A DNA stretch of 64,000 nucleotides, taken from NCBI GenBank assembly GCA_002010065.2, contig MTMD02000015.1:97768-161767 (forward strand), written 5' to 3'. The notes below the pieces were generated by a model, which was given only the letters and a program-made list of their open reading frames with translations, searched no databases and had not been told where the DNA came from. This DNA is from Candidatus Pyrohabitans jungbluthii. Its GTDB lineage: Archaea > Hydrothermarchaeota > Hydrothermarchaeia > Hydrothermarchaeales > BMS3B. Positions within the stretch are counted from its first letter, which is position 1, and the number at the start of each line of letters is the position of its first letter. Positions 16,449 to 24,797 of the stretch are shown piece after piece. Made by a program: the position numbers and the translations under genes.

Positions 16449-17498
16449 TTGTATATGAAAGGACAGGTAATTTCCGCTCTGGTGTTGATTGCGCTGCTGA
16501 GCGCACCTGCGTATGCGTTAGAGAAGACTATAATCCTAGTTTCGGACAATCCCGCGGATCTGGCGATTGCCCAGTCTCTGGGGGAGAAGCTTAACATAGA
16601 TATTGTAATAACTCCCTGGGGCACACTGAGCGACGAGGCGATTGAGAAAATCCAGGCGAGTGGTGCCACGCAGGTGTATGTGATAGGCGGCGAGGTTGCT
16701 GTGCCAGACGTGGAGGTAAAGCTGAATGTCAAGGTGAAGAGGTTCGCAGGCAAGGACAGGCACCACACCTCTGCGCTTGTGGCACAGGAGTGGGGCACCG
16801 CTGAAGAGGTGGTTATTGCCGAGGGCTACGATGAGGAGGGTATTAAAGAAGCGATGGCGAAGGCCAAGGCTAAAGGCGTGCCAATGCTTTTTGTTAAGCC
16901 TGGAGAAGTGCCCGAGGAGGTTGCTCAAGCTATTGAAAAGCTCAAATGCAAGGCTGCGGTAGTGGTGCCAGCGCCCAACATGGTTAAAGAAAGGGTGAGA
17001 GCAAAAATAAGAGAACACGGCGTAGAGGAGATAAACGAGACCGCCGTAAACTTCGAGGAAAGGGCTGCTACGGCTATAGAAGCCGCGGAGGAGGCGATAG
17101 CCCAGGCGGAGGCGAATACCGGTGAGATTACCGATGGAAGGAGTGTGGCAGCGGCGAGACTGGTTGTAAATGCAAAGAAGCATCTTGACAGGGCGAAGGA
17201 AGCCTTCAGCGAAGGTAGCTACGGGGAAGCTTTTGGCTTAGCAGTTGCCGCAAAGGCGCAGGCGGAGGCGGCGATAAAAATCTCCCAGGGCGTAGTGGTC
17301 GGAAATTTCAAGCACGCGGTTGTTAACGCGGAGCAGGAAATTAAAGCGAAAGGCATTGCGAAGGTGAAGGGTGAGATAGATGTGGAGGCAGGGAAACACG
17401 GGGTCAAAATAGGAATGCACAGAGAAATGGAGGTTATGCCAGGCATGGACAACGCCACTGAGAAATATCCCCCTGCAGCACCGCCCATGAAGAGGTGA
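16449..17498 (+). CDS. Secreted protein with cell-wall-binding-repeat-2-like N-terminal units and an Ala/Glu-rich helical C-terminal half
   Basis: Signal peptide ALLSAPAYA. TIILVSDNPADLAIAQSLG...QVYVIGGEVAVP...RFAGKDRHHTSALVAQEW matches the CWB2 pattern. TTG start after AAGGAGGTGAGG. Confidence 0.5.
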   Translation: MYMKGQVISALVLIALLSAPAYALEKTIILVSDNPADLAIAQSLGEKLNIDIVITPWGTLSDEAIEKIQASGATQVYVIGGEVAVPDVEVKLNVKVKRFAGKDRHHTSALVAQEWGTAEEVVIAEGYDEEGIKEAMAKAKAKGVPMLFVKPGEVPEEVAQAIEKLKCKAAVVVPAPNMVKERVRAKIREHGVEEINETAVNFEERAATAIEAAEEAIAQAEANTGEITDGRSVAAARLVVNAKKHLDRAKEAFSEGSYGEAFGLAVAAKAQAEAAIKISQGVVVGNFKHAVVNAEQEIKAKGIAKVKGEIDVEAGKHGVKIGMHREMEVMPGMDNATEKYPPAAPPMKR

Positions 17499-17525
17499 AT
17501 TCGCTTAAAGGGGGGTCCAAGCCCC

Positions 17526-18518
17526 TCATTCCTTTTTGTACATGGCTATACGCTGGGTAAACCTCTCCTCTTTGTAAATCTTATACCCGAATTCCAGCTC
17601 TACTTGGGCGAGCCTTTCAAAACCTTCGCTGCGCAGCGTTGCGGAGAGCACATCCCTTGAGAACTTCTCATCTGCAATGGGGCGCCAGATTGCAAGCTCC
17701 CATAAATCCTGGGGGTAGAAGTCCCCGCACTTCTCAGCTTCAATGGGCTCCAGCAGGAGAAGCTTTCCTCCGCGCTGCAGAAGCTCTGCCGCATTTCTGA
17801 GCGCTCCCGTGGCATCTTCCACATACTCGAGCAAAGCGTCCACAATCACCCAGTCACAGCTTTCATTGCGAAGGGGCACAGCATGCTCAACATCGTAGGC
17901 GAGAAAGCTTCCGTAGCTGAGCCACTCCTTCACGCGCCTCAGTATGGTGGTTGAGAGATTGCCACATATCAGCCTGGCGTTGTTGTGCTTTGCCTTTTGC
18001 AGATAGCTTTTAATCCCGGTGGCTGCATCAAACACAACCTCCCTCATGCGCGGGTTGAGCAAGCTCTCGAAGGCGGCTATACGACGCATCGCAAGCTCGT
18101 CGGGCTCACTCCTCCTCCCCCTGCTATCCTCTGCAGGGATGCTGCGCCTCTCAAAGAGCTCATAAAAGCGCTTCCAGGGCACCACCCTAATCGAGTACCT
18201 CAGCTTCGGCGAGAGTTTCGCAGCCCTGCCACGGTTGTCCAGCTCGAGTTTAAGCTTTTCGCTCGCGGAGGAGAATTCCACCTCAAGCTTATCTCCGCGA
18301 GGGTTAAGCGCTGAGATGCGGTACTCTCTGCCCTTGCCCACTCTCGGCATTATGGCGATGTACACATTGCCCTCGGGAAGCTCTGCTCCGGTGAAGCTAC
18401 CCAGCCTCTCGCGGGAGTAGAGCTTCAGAAGCGCATACTCACCTTTGCTGAGCCTCTCCACTCTAACCGGGAGGTGAATCGCCCTCTTTTTACCCCTGCG
18501 CAGCGCAACCAGCGTCAT
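17526..18518 (-). CDS. Two-domain protein: unknown N-terminal domain + class I SAM-dependent methyltransferase-like C-terminal domain
   Basis: The C-terminal half has VFDAATGIKSYL (degenerate motif I), a DWVIVDALLEYV acidic loop and GGKLLLLEP. 4-nt overlap with the FmdE-like gene. Confidence 0.5.
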   Translation of the reverse strand: MTLVALRRGKKRAIHLPVRVERLSKGEYALLKLYSRERLGSFTGAELPEGNVYIAIMPRVGKGREYRISALNPRGDKLEVEFSSASEKLKLELDNRGRAAKLSPKLRYSIRVVPWKRFYELFERRSIPAEDSRGRRSEPDELAMRRIAAFESLLNPRMREVVFDAATGIKSYLQKAKHNNARLICGNLSTTILRRVKEWLSYGSFLAYDVEHAVPLRNESCDWVIVDALLEYVEDATGALRNAAELLQRGGKLLLLEPIEAEKCGDFYPQDLWELAIWRPIADEKFSRDVLSATLRSEGFERLAQVELEFGYKIYKEERFTQRIAMYKKE

Positions 18519-19240
18519 ATCTCCACTTTTTCTAGCTCTCGAATCTCAAAATCACCGCTGCAAAGCCTGCACACGCCATTGCTGAGCCTCGTCGCCTCTG
18601 TAATTTCGTTGCACACCGTGCAGCGCTTCGGCGAGGCTATGTACTGCATATCCAGAGGGTACATGAGCTTCGAGAGGTCAACCTCAACGCGGGTGACAAT
18701 AAAAAGCTCAGAGTCGCTCATCCTGTGCCACTTTAATATAAGTTCCCTCTCTATTTTCTGAAGCCGCTTTCGCTCAGCCAGCGCTTTTTCAAGGTCCCCC
18801 TTCGCATAAACGCGATAGAACTGCTCTAGCTGCTTGCCATAGTCGATGTGCTCCTCGTCAACGTCTGGCTTGCACTTAATTCTCAGCGCTTCCCCGGTGG
18901 CGAGGTTTCCGAAGATGGCGGCAAACTTTCCGTGGTCCAAGAAGACCAGCCTACCGCTTCCAAAGCTGCACTGCGTGGCTGCGGCTATACCATCGGCGGC
19001 GCATGTGAGAATCTCAACTGCCGCCACAAGGTCACGCTTTCTTTTCAGATCAAGCAGGCGCACTGCAAGGTGCCCCATCCTCGTACCTAAGTAGCTGGCG
19101 GTGCATATATGCCCATGCACCTTTGGCACCGTTTCAAGAGCCTCACGCAGCGAGGGGTAGCTTGGCGCGCGCTTCCCATGCCCGCGCTTCCTCATGCTCG
19201 GCAGCAAATCTTCTATTTCAAAGTCTGGAGTATAGCTCAT
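18515..19240 (-). CDS. FmdE/FwdE-family protein with C-terminal zinc ribbon
   Basis: HGHICTASYLGTRMG and ILTCAADGIAAATQCSFGSGRLVFLDHGKFAA (FmdE pattern). C-terminal CTVCNE...CRLCSG. Confidence 0.7.
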   Translation of the reverse strand: MSYTPDFEIEDLLPSMRKRGHGKRAPSYPSLREALETVPKVHGHICTASYLGTRMGHLAVRLLDLKRKRDLVAAVEILTCAADGIAAATQCSFGSGRLVFLDHGKFAAIFGNLATGEALRIKCKPDVDEEHIDYGKQLEQFYRVYAKGDLEKALAERKRLQKIERELILKWHRMSDSELFIVTRVEVDLSKLMYPLDMQYIASPKRCTVCNEITEATRLSNGVCRLCSGDFEIRELEKVEI

Positions 19241-20580
19241 CCTGTAGCCTCCTTTTCTAGGGCTATGCTCCTGAAGGAGCGCCTCTCCACACCGGGGAGG
19301 ACGCGCAGCATGGCGGGAGCCTCTCCGGGTGGTGCTACATTGGGTACTTCAACCTTATAAAGCCTCGCGAGGGCGTCGAAGAGCAAAGTTCTGAGCTCAT
19401 CCTGCGAGAAGTGAGAGGTTTCAATCACCGGATTGAGGTGGTGGTACTCCCACCAGTTGCATGAGCGCAGCTTTAATCCAAGCTCAGAGGCGTGCCTGAA
19501 CAGGTAGGTGTCGGGGTAGGGAGTTTGAACAGCAAACGTAGCCTCGCCTCCCAGCGAGCACACCTCCTCGGCTAAGCGTATGGTAGCCTCCACGCTTTCC
19601 CTAGTGTCCCAGGGGTGCCCTATCATGAAGCCGCATACCGGCGTTATCCCCTCGCGTACAAACTTACGAACTACGTCGAGTAGCCTCTCCAAGGCGATCT
19701 CCTTCTTTATGGCGTCCACCACCTCCTGAGAGCCGCTCTCTATACCGAAGCGCACAACCTCGCAGCCTGCGCTCGCCATGGCTTCAATCAGTTTCTCATC
19801 AACGTGGTCAAGGCGAAGCTCCGCGTACCACCGCATCCCTAACCTCGACACGAGGGAGCATATCCTGAGGGCGCGTTTCCTGTCGTAGGCGAAGTTGGGG
19901 TCTATGACGAAGAAGGAGCTCAACCCAAGGCTGCGAAGATGCTCAACTTCGCGAGCCACGCTCTCAGGGGTGCGCATTCTCAGCTTACCGGACATGGCGC
20001 GGGAAGAGCAGTACACGCAGCTGTAGGCGCATCCTCGCGACGTCGCTATTGCGCCTGGCAAAGCGTAGGCTTTCAGGTTGAGCAGGTGCCTCGCGGGTAG
20101 AGGGAGCGCATCCAGGTCGCGAACCCGCCACACGCCGTTGCTCTTCGCTTTGCCTTCGCTGAGGTAGGCGATGCCCTTAACGCTGCGCACGTCTTTGCCC
20201 TTCTCAAGGCGGGACACGAGCTCAGCGAAGGCGAGTTCACCCTCGCCGCGAACCGCAAAGTTAAACCCGTGCCTAAGCACCTCCTCATAGCGAAAGGTGG
20301 CGTGAATCCCGCCTATCGCCACGAGCTTTCCCTGCTCCTTCGCCGCCTCGAGTACCGCAAGCGCATAGGGGTAGTTCTGTGTGTAGCTGGAAACCCCGAC
20401 AAGCTCAGCTTCTGCGATGCGCTGCTCAAGCTTCGCTTTCCCCAGGTTAAGGTCAAGAATCTCTACGCGATGCCCTCGCTGCTCAAGCATCGCCGCTATG
20501 TACGCAAGTCCCAAGGGGGGCATCGCCACCCTCTTCTCCGAGGCGCTGCTGTGGGGAACCTCTACGAGAAGCACATCCAA
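19237..20580 (-). CDS. Class B (cobalamin-binding-domain) radical SAM enzyme
   Basis: N-terminal Rossmann-like B12-binding-type segment (PPLGLAYIAAMLEQRGHRVEILD...VAIGGIHATF), then CAYSCVYC (CxxxCxxC) and a radical SAM core. Confidence 0.85.
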   Translation of the reverse strand: MDVLLVEVPHSSASEKRVAMPPLGLAYIAAMLEQRGHRVEILDLNLGKAKLEQRIAEAELVGVSSYTQNYPYALAVLEAAKEQGKLVAIGGIHATFRYEEVLRHGFNFAVRGEGELAFAELVSRLEKGKDVRSVKGIAYLSEGKAKSNGVWRVRDLDALPLPARHLLNLKAYALPGAIATSRGCAYSCVYCSSRAMSGKLRMRTPESVAREVEHLRSLGLSSFFVIDPNFAYDRKRALRICSLVSRLGMRWYAELRLDHVDEKLIEAMASAGCEVVRFGIESGSQEVVDAIKKEIALERLLDVVRKFVREGITPVCGFMIGHPWDTRESVEATIRLAEEVCSLGGEATFAVQTPYPDTYLFRHASELGLKLRSCNWWEYHHLNPVIETSHFSQDELRTLLFDALARLYKVEVPNVAPPGEAPAMLRVLPGVERRSFRSIALEKEATG

Positions 20581-20822
20581 GGTACTTCCTCCACAAAGCC
20601 CTTCTCCATCCAGAGCTTCAGCAGCCGCTTAGCCTCTTCGCGGTGCTCTGAAAACTCCCGCTCTATTAACTCCTCAACCTCCTGCATGGTTTTACCGTGC
20701 ACTTCTTCCCAGAGTCTCGTCGCAGCTTCGTTGAGCACGTATATGCCATCCCTCGCCATGAGGATAACCCTCTTGCCCTCGCGCTTCCATACCATATTCG
20801 CCCTCGCCAGCCTGTACTCCAT
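20562..20822 (-). CDS. PqqD-family protein (RiPP recognition element-like peptide chaperone)
   Basis: 86 aa. The pattern GIYVLNEAATRLWEEVHGKTMQEVEELIEREF...EEAKRLLKLWMEKGFVEE is typical of PqqD/MftB-like proteins. GGGGAGG sits 8 nt upstream of the ATG. Confidence 0.7.
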   Translation of the reverse strand: MEYRLARANMVWKREGKRVILMARDGIYVLNEAATRLWEEVHGKTMQEVEELIEREFSEHREEAKRLLKLWMEKGFVEEVPWMCFS

Positions 20823-20823
20823 G

Positions 20824-21516
20824 CTACAACCTCCCCAGTGCGCGGAGCAGCTCCTCTACTCGTGAGCGCTTCACCACGCCTGCTTCGCACGCCGCGCCGC
20901 GAAAGCCCAGTATATCGCTTCCTATGCTAACCGCACGCTCTAGGTGTGGGATGCGGAGCGAGCCCGAGATGCAGGTCTCCATCCCGCGTTCATGGGCGAG
21001 GTCAACAAACTCGCGAAGCCTCTCCACAGAGGCGAAGTCCAGGATGTTTCGCCCGTCCTTTACTGCGGTGTCCAGCATAATAACATCACAGCTTACGTGC
21101 TTCACAAATTCGAAGGGGTTGGCACTGCCAGTGCGCCAGTAGTCAGCATAGCCAGAGATAATCAGCTTAGCTCCACCACCCTCCTCGGCAAGCGCACGCT
21201 TTAAAGCCCTGGAGAGTTTCTCCGCCTGCTCTGTTGTCTTAACGCCGTAGAAGGAGGCGACAACGTAGTCCACACCTAAACGAGCCACGCCGTATGCAGC
21301 CAAGCTTGCGGTGCCTGGCTTGAAGTCTAGGTCGCCTATGCTCGCCGCAACCTCAATGCGAGGCGGAAGAAGCTCCATCACTTCCTTTATCACCCAGGGC
21401 TTGTTGGCGCCCAGCGTCCCCTCCCCGGGGTTCTTTATGTCGAGAATATCCACGCCGCCTGCTGCCAGAACCTCGCTTGCCTCTTTCTTGTCCTTTATGC
21501 TTATGAGCACCCTCAT
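20824..21516 (-). CDS. mfnB: (5-formylfuran-3-yl)methyl phosphate synthase family protein (MfnB/DUF556)
   Basis: MRVLISIKDKKEASEVLAAGGVDILDIKNPGEGTLGANKPWVIKEV plus a later MLDTAVKDGRNILDF. Collinear with MfnB of Methanocaldococcus as I recall it. Confidence 0.75.
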   Translation of the reverse strand: MRVLISIKDKKEASEVLAAGGVDILDIKNPGEGTLGANKPWVIKEVMELLPPRIEVAASIGDLDFKPGTASLAAYGVARLGVDYVVASFYGVKTTEQAEKLSRALKRALAEEGGGAKLIISGYADYWRTGSANPFEFVKHVSCDVIMLDTAVKDGRNILDFASVERLREFVDLAHERGMETCISGSLRIPHLERAVSIGSDILGFRGAACEAGVVKRSRVEELLRALGRL

Positions 21517-22028
21517 CTTTCCATCCCCAGCACCGTCAGAGCCTTGCTCACCTCGTAGGCGGTGATGCGCTTGCCCTTCCGCAGCTTCGAGATCTCGGCG
21601 CGGTAACTGCTGTAGTCTTCAGGGGTAAATCTTAGTTTGGGCGTGGAAAAGAGCGCCACCCAGGCGAAGTGGTTGAGAAAGGGCAAAGCTTCAGGCTCGA
21701 GAAGGCTGAGCACGAACGACGCTACTCTAACATCGACGCCGCTCAGGCTAATAAGCTTCCTAAGCGCTTTCTCCGGGGGCAGCGCAAAAGCCTCTTCGGT
21801 GGTGTGCTTGAGTATGTTGGGCTCATTTGCGCTCGCATACGCGGCTAGTGAAGCGTCGACGAAAGCGGCGATACGCACCAACTCAAAGTATGTTAGATAC
21901 TTTGGCTCGCGTTCAGCAAGCACACGGGAGATCTTAAGCATGGCTTCCTCTCGCTGGTATGGCCTACTCCCTGCGCTGAAACGCGCCGCAAGGGTACGAA
22001 GCTTCTCTTCGCTTATGTGGTGAAGCAA
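21513..22028 (-). CDS. Hypothetical protein, weak helix-hairpin-helix / OGG-fold-like signature
   Basis: 171-aa ORF with a TTG start (an in-frame ATG at codon 30 is an alternative). LISLSGVDVRVASFVLSLLEPEALPFLNHFAW resembles the HhH segment of OGG-fold proteins, but function is unassigned. 4-nt overlap with mfnB. Confidence 0.3.
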   Translation of the reverse strand: MLHHISEEKLRTLAARFSAGSRPYQREEAMLKISRVLAEREPKYLTYFELVRIAAFVDASLAAYASANEPNILKHTTEEAFALPPEKALRKLISLSGVDVRVASFVLSLLEPEALPFLNHFAWVALFSTPKLRFTPEDYSSYRAEISKLRKGKRITAYEVSKALTVLGMER

Positions 22029-22075
22029 TTTTGACCCTCGTGAAATTTTTATTTAACTCCGCCTCATAACATGCT
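22029..22075. promoter_or_regulatory. 47-bp divergent promoter region with a shared A/T box
   Basis: AAATTTTTATTTAA at 22043-22056 lies about 20-25 nt from both the minus-strand TTG (22028) and the plus-strand ATG (22076). This suggests short or leaderless transcripts in both directions. Confidence 0.4.
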
Positions 22076-22237
22076 ATGGCAATCTGGAAATGCCCCCGCT
22101 GCGGCGCTACAAAGCAGGTGGTGTGCCCCGTATGCGGCGCGGACAAGCGTGCCGGCGAGACCTGCGATTACTGTGGAAGCGAGTTCTCCTTCACCCTGTG
22201 CCCAAAATGCGGATATGAGCAGAGGCATAGCAGATAA
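22076..22237 (+). CDS. 53-aa double zinc-ribbon-like peptide (four CxxC pairs), below ORF-track cutoff
   Basis: Hand translation: MAIWKCPRCGATKQVVCPVCGADKRAGETCDYCGSEFSFTLCPKCGYEQRHSR. The listed ORF 22071..22265 is a different frame of the same DNA. Confidence 0.5.
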   Translation: MAIWKCPRCGATKQVVCPVCGADKRAGETCDYCGSEFSFTLCPKCGYEQRHSR

Positions 22238-22270
22238 AATTTTTATACGTGCTAAGCGAGGATAAGCCCA

Positions 22271-23008
22271 ATGGCGTTGCTTCAGATTCAAGGTATACGC
22301 AAGAGTTTCTCTGGCTTGGTCGCATTGAAGAACGTGAACTTCGAGGTGAGAGAGGGAGAGATTCTTGGCTTAGTCGGCCCCAACGGGGCGGGTAAGTCAA
22401 CGCTTATAAACATAATCTCCGGGATATACCGCCCTGACAGCGGTAAGGTGGTGTTCAGGGGCAGGGAGATAACAGGGCTGCCGCCCCACAGGATATGCCG
22501 CCTGGGCATTACCAGAACCTTCCAGAATGTGGAAACCTTTCCGGAGCTCACTGCGTTGGAGAATGTGCTGGTGGGCGCGCTCTTCGGAAAGAGAAATGGC
22601 GACCGAAGCGAGGCAATGGAAAGAGCTGAAGAAATGCTGCGTTTTGTGGACTTCCCGAGGGAGAAGTTTGAGGTTAAGGTTAGAAATCTCAACGTTGGAG
22701 AGCTTAAAAAGCTCCAGCTAGCTCGTGCCCTTGCAACTGAGCCCAAGCTTCTCCTCCTAGACGAGGTGACAACGGGTTTGAATCCGAAGGAGAGCAAAGA
22801 TGCGGTGAAGATGATAAGGAAAATCCGCGATAGTGGGGTTACAATACTCATGGTGGAGCATATAATGAGGATAATCATGGGGGTGAGCGACCGCATAGTG
22901 GTGCTCAACTACGGGGAGAAGATAGCCGAGGGCACACCCCGCGAGGTTGCCAGCGACCAGCGTGTTATTGAATCCTACTTGGGTGAGGCGTACAGTTTTG
23001 AGGGTTAG
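22271..23008 (+). CDS. livG: Branched-chain amino acid-type ABC transporter ATP-binding protein LivG
   Basis: Walker A GPNGAGKST, signature LNVGELKKLQLARAL, Walker B LLLLDE, LivG-type C-terminus VIESYLG. Confidence 0.85.
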   Translation: MALLQIQGIRKSFSGLVALKNVNFEVREGEILGLVGPNGAGKSTLINIISGIYRPDSGKVVFRGREITGLPPHRICRLGITRTFQNVETFPELTALENVLVGALFGKRNGDRSEAMERAEEMLRFVDFPREKFEVKVRNLNVGELKKLQLARALATEPKLLLLDEVTTGLNPKESKDAVKMIRKIRDSGVTILMVEHIMRIIMGVSDRIVVLNYGEKIAEGTPREVASDQRVIESYLGEAYSFEG

Positions 23009-23010
23009 AC

Positions 23011-23715
23011 ATGCTACGCGTGGAGAAGGTAAATGCGGCCTACGGCTCACTTCAGGTGCTATGGGATGTGAGCTTCGAGGTAAGAGAGGGAGAGATAGTT
23101 ACCATAATCGGCTCCAACGGTGCGGGTAAGACAACGATAGCGAATGTGATAACGGGCTTGCTAAAGCCACTCTCCGGCAGGGTTACCTTCGACGGCGAGG
23201 ACATAACCAACATGCCCGCGAATGAGCGCGTTAAGCTAGGAATTGCGCTTGTGCCCGAGGGGAGAGAGATATTTCCAAAGATGACGGTGCTGGACAACCT
23301 GCTGCTGGGCGCATACACGGTGAGGAACAAGGGCGAGGTTGAGGAGAGGCTTAAGTGGGTTTACGACATCTTCCCAAAGCTTAAAGAGCGCGAGACCCAG
23401 CTGGCTGGGACACTGAGCGGTGGAGAGCAGCAGATGGTCGCTATAGCTCGAAGCTTAATGGCAAACCCGAAGCTTCTGATTCTGGACGAACCATCTCTTG
23501 GCCTTGCGCCGATAGTTGTGATAAAGGTGTTTGAGATTATAGAGAGGCTCAATCGAGAGGGGGTTACCATACTGCTTTCTGCGCAGAATGTGTACCGCGC
23601 CCTGGAAATATCGTCAAGAGCGTACGTGCTTGAGACGGGCAGAATAACCTTAGAGGGCAGGGGCAAAGAGCTGCTGGAGAATCCGTACGTTAAAGAGGCT
23701 TATTTAGGAGTTTAG
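23011..23715 (+). CDS. livF: Branched-chain amino acid-type ABC transporter ATP-binding protein LivF
   Basis: GSNGAGKTT, LSGGEQQMVAIARSL, LLILDEPS, C-terminal VKEAYLG. Confidence 0.85.
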   Translation: MLRVEKVNAAYGSLQVLWDVSFEVREGEIVTIIGSNGAGKTTIANVITGLLKPLSGRVTFDGEDITNMPANERVKLGIALVPEGREIFPKMTVLDNLLLGAYTVRNKGEVEERLKWVYDIFPKLKERETQLAGTLSGGEQQMVAIARSLMANPKLLILDEPSLGLAPIVVIKVFEIIERLNREGVTILLSAQNVYRALEISSRAYVLETGRITLEGRGKELLENPYVKEAYLGV

Positions 23716-23718
23716 CGG

Positions 23719-24747
23719 ATGCACGAGGTGTGCGTTCTCGGCGCTGGGCCAGCTGGCGCAAGCGCCGCGGCTGAGCTTGAGAGGCTGGGCATAGATTATG
23801 TGCTTATAGATAAGGCGCAGTTCCCTAGGAGCAAGCCCTGCGGAGGCGTTTTGCCATGGCGGGTGGTGGAGGAGCTTCGTTTGCCTCAGGAAGTTATGGA
23901 GCGCCCCCTCAAGGGCTATCGCATATTCTCACCCTCGCTGGAAAAGGTAGAGAGCAGGTTTCCCTCGCAGGGCGCGGCGGTGCGCCGCTCGACCTTTGAC
24001 GCCTTCCTGCTCCGCTCGCTTAAGCAGGAGCCAAGGCAAGCGAAGGTCACCTCAGTAAAGGAGGGCGACGATTGCGTTGAGCTAATCGCCGGCAAACGGA
24101 GGGTTAGGGCGAGGTACCTCATCGCCGCCGACGGGGCGAACAGTGTGGCGAGGCGCAGCCTAGGTATAGCATATGGGAAACTTGCCCTTGCGTGCCAGTA
24201 TCACGTTGCCCTTCCAGGTGAAGTAATAGCGGAGCGCATAGGTGAGTGGTTTGAGGTGTACTACTTCTTCTCTTACGGCTACGGGTGGCTAACCCCGCTT
24301 CGCAGCGCTGTTAAGGTCGGGATCGGCGGCCTTGGAAGCGCCTTCTCCCGCCGTGCGCTCGACGCCTTCATTAAAACCTCACCCATAGCAGAGAAGCTGG
24401 CTGGAGGAAAGATTGTCCGCTACGAGGCGCACCGCATACCAATGCAGGGGCCTTCGCCAACGCTTGCGACAAAGCGCGTGCTCTTCGCGGGCGATGCAGG
24501 GGGCTTTGTATTTCCGGGCACAGGAGAGGGGATATACTATGCGATAAGGAGCGGCAAAGCAGCAGCGCAAGCTGTTGCAAAGGCGATGCAGGGCGAGCCC
24601 CTTACCGAGGCATACAAGAGGGAGACGCACAAAGCGGGGTTGCTCTCCCTGCGGGAAGTGAACTTTCTCGAAGACACCTTAGCGTCGCCACATGAAGCGG
24701 AGCGCTACGTGCGAAGGCTGAAGAAGCTTGCCAGAGGTTTCCAATAA
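23719..24747 (+). CDS. Geranylgeranyl reductase-family FAD-dependent oxidoreductase
   Basis: GAGPAGASAA dinucleotide fold, KPCGG motif, GDAGGFVFPGTGEGIYYA. Confidence 0.7.
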   Translation: MHEVCVLGAGPAGASAAAELERLGIDYVLIDKAQFPRSKPCGGVLPWRVVEELRLPQEVMERPLKGYRIFSPSLEKVESRFPSQGAAVRRSTFDAFLLRSLKQEPRQAKVTSVKEGDDCVELIAGKRRVRARYLIAADGANSVARRSLGIAYGKLALACQYHVALPGEVIAERIGEWFEVYYFFSYGYGWLTPLRSAVKVGIGGLGSAFSRRALDAFIKTSPIAEKLAGGKIVRYEAHRIPMQGPSPTLATKRVLFAGDAGGFVFPGTGEGIYYAIRSGKAAAQAVAKAMQGEPLTEAYKRETHKAGLLSLREVNFLEDTLASPHEAERYVRRLKKLARGFQ

Positions 24748-24797
24748 GTCTTGCAGTAGTCCTCTTTGTGAATGCGCAGAGAACACAGGTGATATTT

